Below are positions 61,976 through 64,000 of a DNA stretch of 64,000 bases, one piece after another. Position numbers and translations under genes: made by a program. The stretch is from Octopus sinensis. Its lineage: Eukaryota. Numbering within the stretch: the stretch's first letter is position 1; each line of letters opens with the position of its first letter. Location: positions 150,164,001 through 150,228,000 of the forward strand of contig NC_042999.1 of the NCBI RefSeq assembly GCF_006345805.1. Reading direction: 5' to 3'. The notes under the pieces are model-generated. The model saw only the letters and a list, made by a program, of their open reading frames with translations. It was not told where the DNA came from and made no database searches.

Positions 61976-64000
61976 TGTAGGCCTTCAGATTCAACAAGTA
62001 AAAAGAAAATAAGTCAGGGTTGAATGCTGACCTTCTTTCTTTAACCAAACTATTAAAAAATGAAAATTTGATTTGGAAGAGGTTGTAAGGTTAGATCTAA
62101 GAATATTGGATGACTTTAGAAACAGAATCTCTCAAGGTGACAGATGAGCTGAATCATCCAACCAACTACAGCATCATGAACATGAGAATGTTAAAACGAT
62201 TGTAATATTATTAGTAAAGGTGCTGACTGCAAGTTTTGATTACACCAATTAATTATGTTGGCTCTTTTTCTGTCTTTCAGTTGACAACTGTATCTCTTTG
62301 AATGGTTTATCTTCATTATTTCCATTGAGATCTCTTATAGCAAGAAGATATACACTTAAAACACCTTTCCCTGCTACTTAATATATATCATCATTTCATT
62401 GTTTTTATCTTGCTTCTCATTCTGATATTGATTCAACACTTTCCCCGACAGTACATACATATTCTTGTTTAATGATAACCAATAAATATAGACTGGAAAT
62501 CTTTTCTTTGTAGTATTCATTTTTACATTTTTATTGCCTCTCTGTTTAGTTTCATTCAAAATTTTCATATCTTCTTGTTTTTTTTTTTCTCCTACTTTAT
62601 TTCTTTAATTCCGGTCTTATTTCTGTTTCATGCTTTCCTTCATGTAAGGTCTCTCTCTAGCAAAAAGAACAACTTTCAAATTTTGTGTACTTTTTCTTAT
62701 TGTCAAAAGACTAAAGTGAAAATGTATAGTGACATTTGATATTTTTCTTGCAGGAAGTATATCCTTTAGTAATGAATGTAACCCAGTTAGAGTGTCTCAA
62801 TAAATATAGTCATGATCTGGGTTCTGCAACCCTATAGTATCTCTAACCCTAATTCTACCCTAAAGTAACCTTTGTTTTGAACAGGTTCTTAATGGAAAGG
62901 TGAAAAAAAAAAAAGAACAACAAATTAATTGTTGGAGAAACAGTAAAGGGCTATTTAGGGATGAGATTCAAAGCACACATGCATGCGTGCACACACACAC
63001 ACACACACACACACACTGCCTCCCTCTTTTTCTAACTCTGAAACTTTTGCAAGAGGTAAGTCTACAGATCCACCACAATTCCCAGTCATTCCTTCTCAGA
63101 ACATTCAATTTCCTTTCAACCCGTATTTTCCCTGCAACCACCAACTTGAAAGTTGTTCAAGTAGAAGAGAGTGAGAATAATACAGTTAATCTCACTTGTC
63201 TTAAAAAGCCTGCAAAGGTCATGGACACAGCCCTCTCTTCTTCAGATCAAACCAAAAAAAAAAAAAATATTGAACTAGTTGTTCTTAACATGTGAGTTCA
63301 AATCAGCTTTTAAATATCTAAATATTTTGTGGTGCTTCTGGGCATTATTTCAATAATGTAATTGCTATAAGTGGAATGACTTCAGCTGAGAGTTGAAGTC
63401 ACATTATAATCTCAGTTTACCAAGGTTTTAACTATTGCTCTGTAATATAATATTCATAGTTGTCATTATCATCACCATTATCATTTAACATCTGTTACAT
63501 CTGTTTTTCCATGCTGGCATGGTTTGGGCAGTTTGACAGGAGTTCGCAAACCAGAGGACTGTATTGAGCTCCAATGATTGCTTTGGCATGGTTTCTATGG
63601 CTGGATGCTCTCCCTTAATGTGGGCCACTTTACAGAGTGTGCTGGGTGCTATTTATGTGGCACTGGCACAACAAATAAGTTTCACCAAAACAAGACCCCT
63701 CATCTGAATGTGGAGTAGTATTGAGGGAGGTGGATTTATGCTAGGATGGTAGCGAAGATGTTTCAGGGTGTACCCTCAAGTTACAGAAAGGTGAATATAA
63801 GAGAAGCGGTATGAATGAGTAAGTAAGTTTCCACAAGTGTTGGAGGTGAGTGACTGTTGGATAGAGGTGGGGATATGATTATAATAAGCTTATTGTATAG
63901 AGTGCTCAGGTGCATTACAACTCACTGGAAAAGGATAAAAGAACAGGATGCAGCAATAAATGAAATAAAAAAGACAGCAACAATAGCCAAAAGTACAAGC

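Overview
AT-rich eukaryotic DNA, probably coleoid cephalopod (Octopus-like; inferred from the repeat families and the dense (TA)n/(CA)n/(TACA)n/(CAT)n microsatellites, not from a database match). Most of the window is interspersed repeat: tRNA-derived SINEs with CORE-, V- and Meta-like central domains; RTE and CR1/L2 LINE 3' ends; Penelope-like (PLE) fragments; a Gypsy LTR-PBS-gag relic; a mariner transposase relic with two related MITEs; and hAT- and piggyBac-type MITEs with target-site duplications (TSDs). Nearly all ORFs in the supplied track are microsatellite or repeat artefacts. No host gene could be named. A CpG-retaining, repeat-poor stretch (about 32.7-37.6 kb) looks like a divergent promoter region. 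Phase-compatible spliced exon candidates lie on both strands (+ 51.9-53.0 kb; - 34.3/28.5 kb and 20.1/17.7/17.5 kb). Most notable: (i) several PLE-derived elements carry type I hammerhead ribozyme motifs, one with an intact core inside a 125-bp inverted repeat at 56.5-56.9 kb; (ii) a 26-bp satellite grew from an RTE 3'UTR motif and was copied, inverted, into the B-box of a nearby SINE; (iii) there is a near-perfect 1272-bp tandem duplication and several long fold-back hairpins. All folds, alignments and gene models were done by eye and need computational or experimental confirmation.
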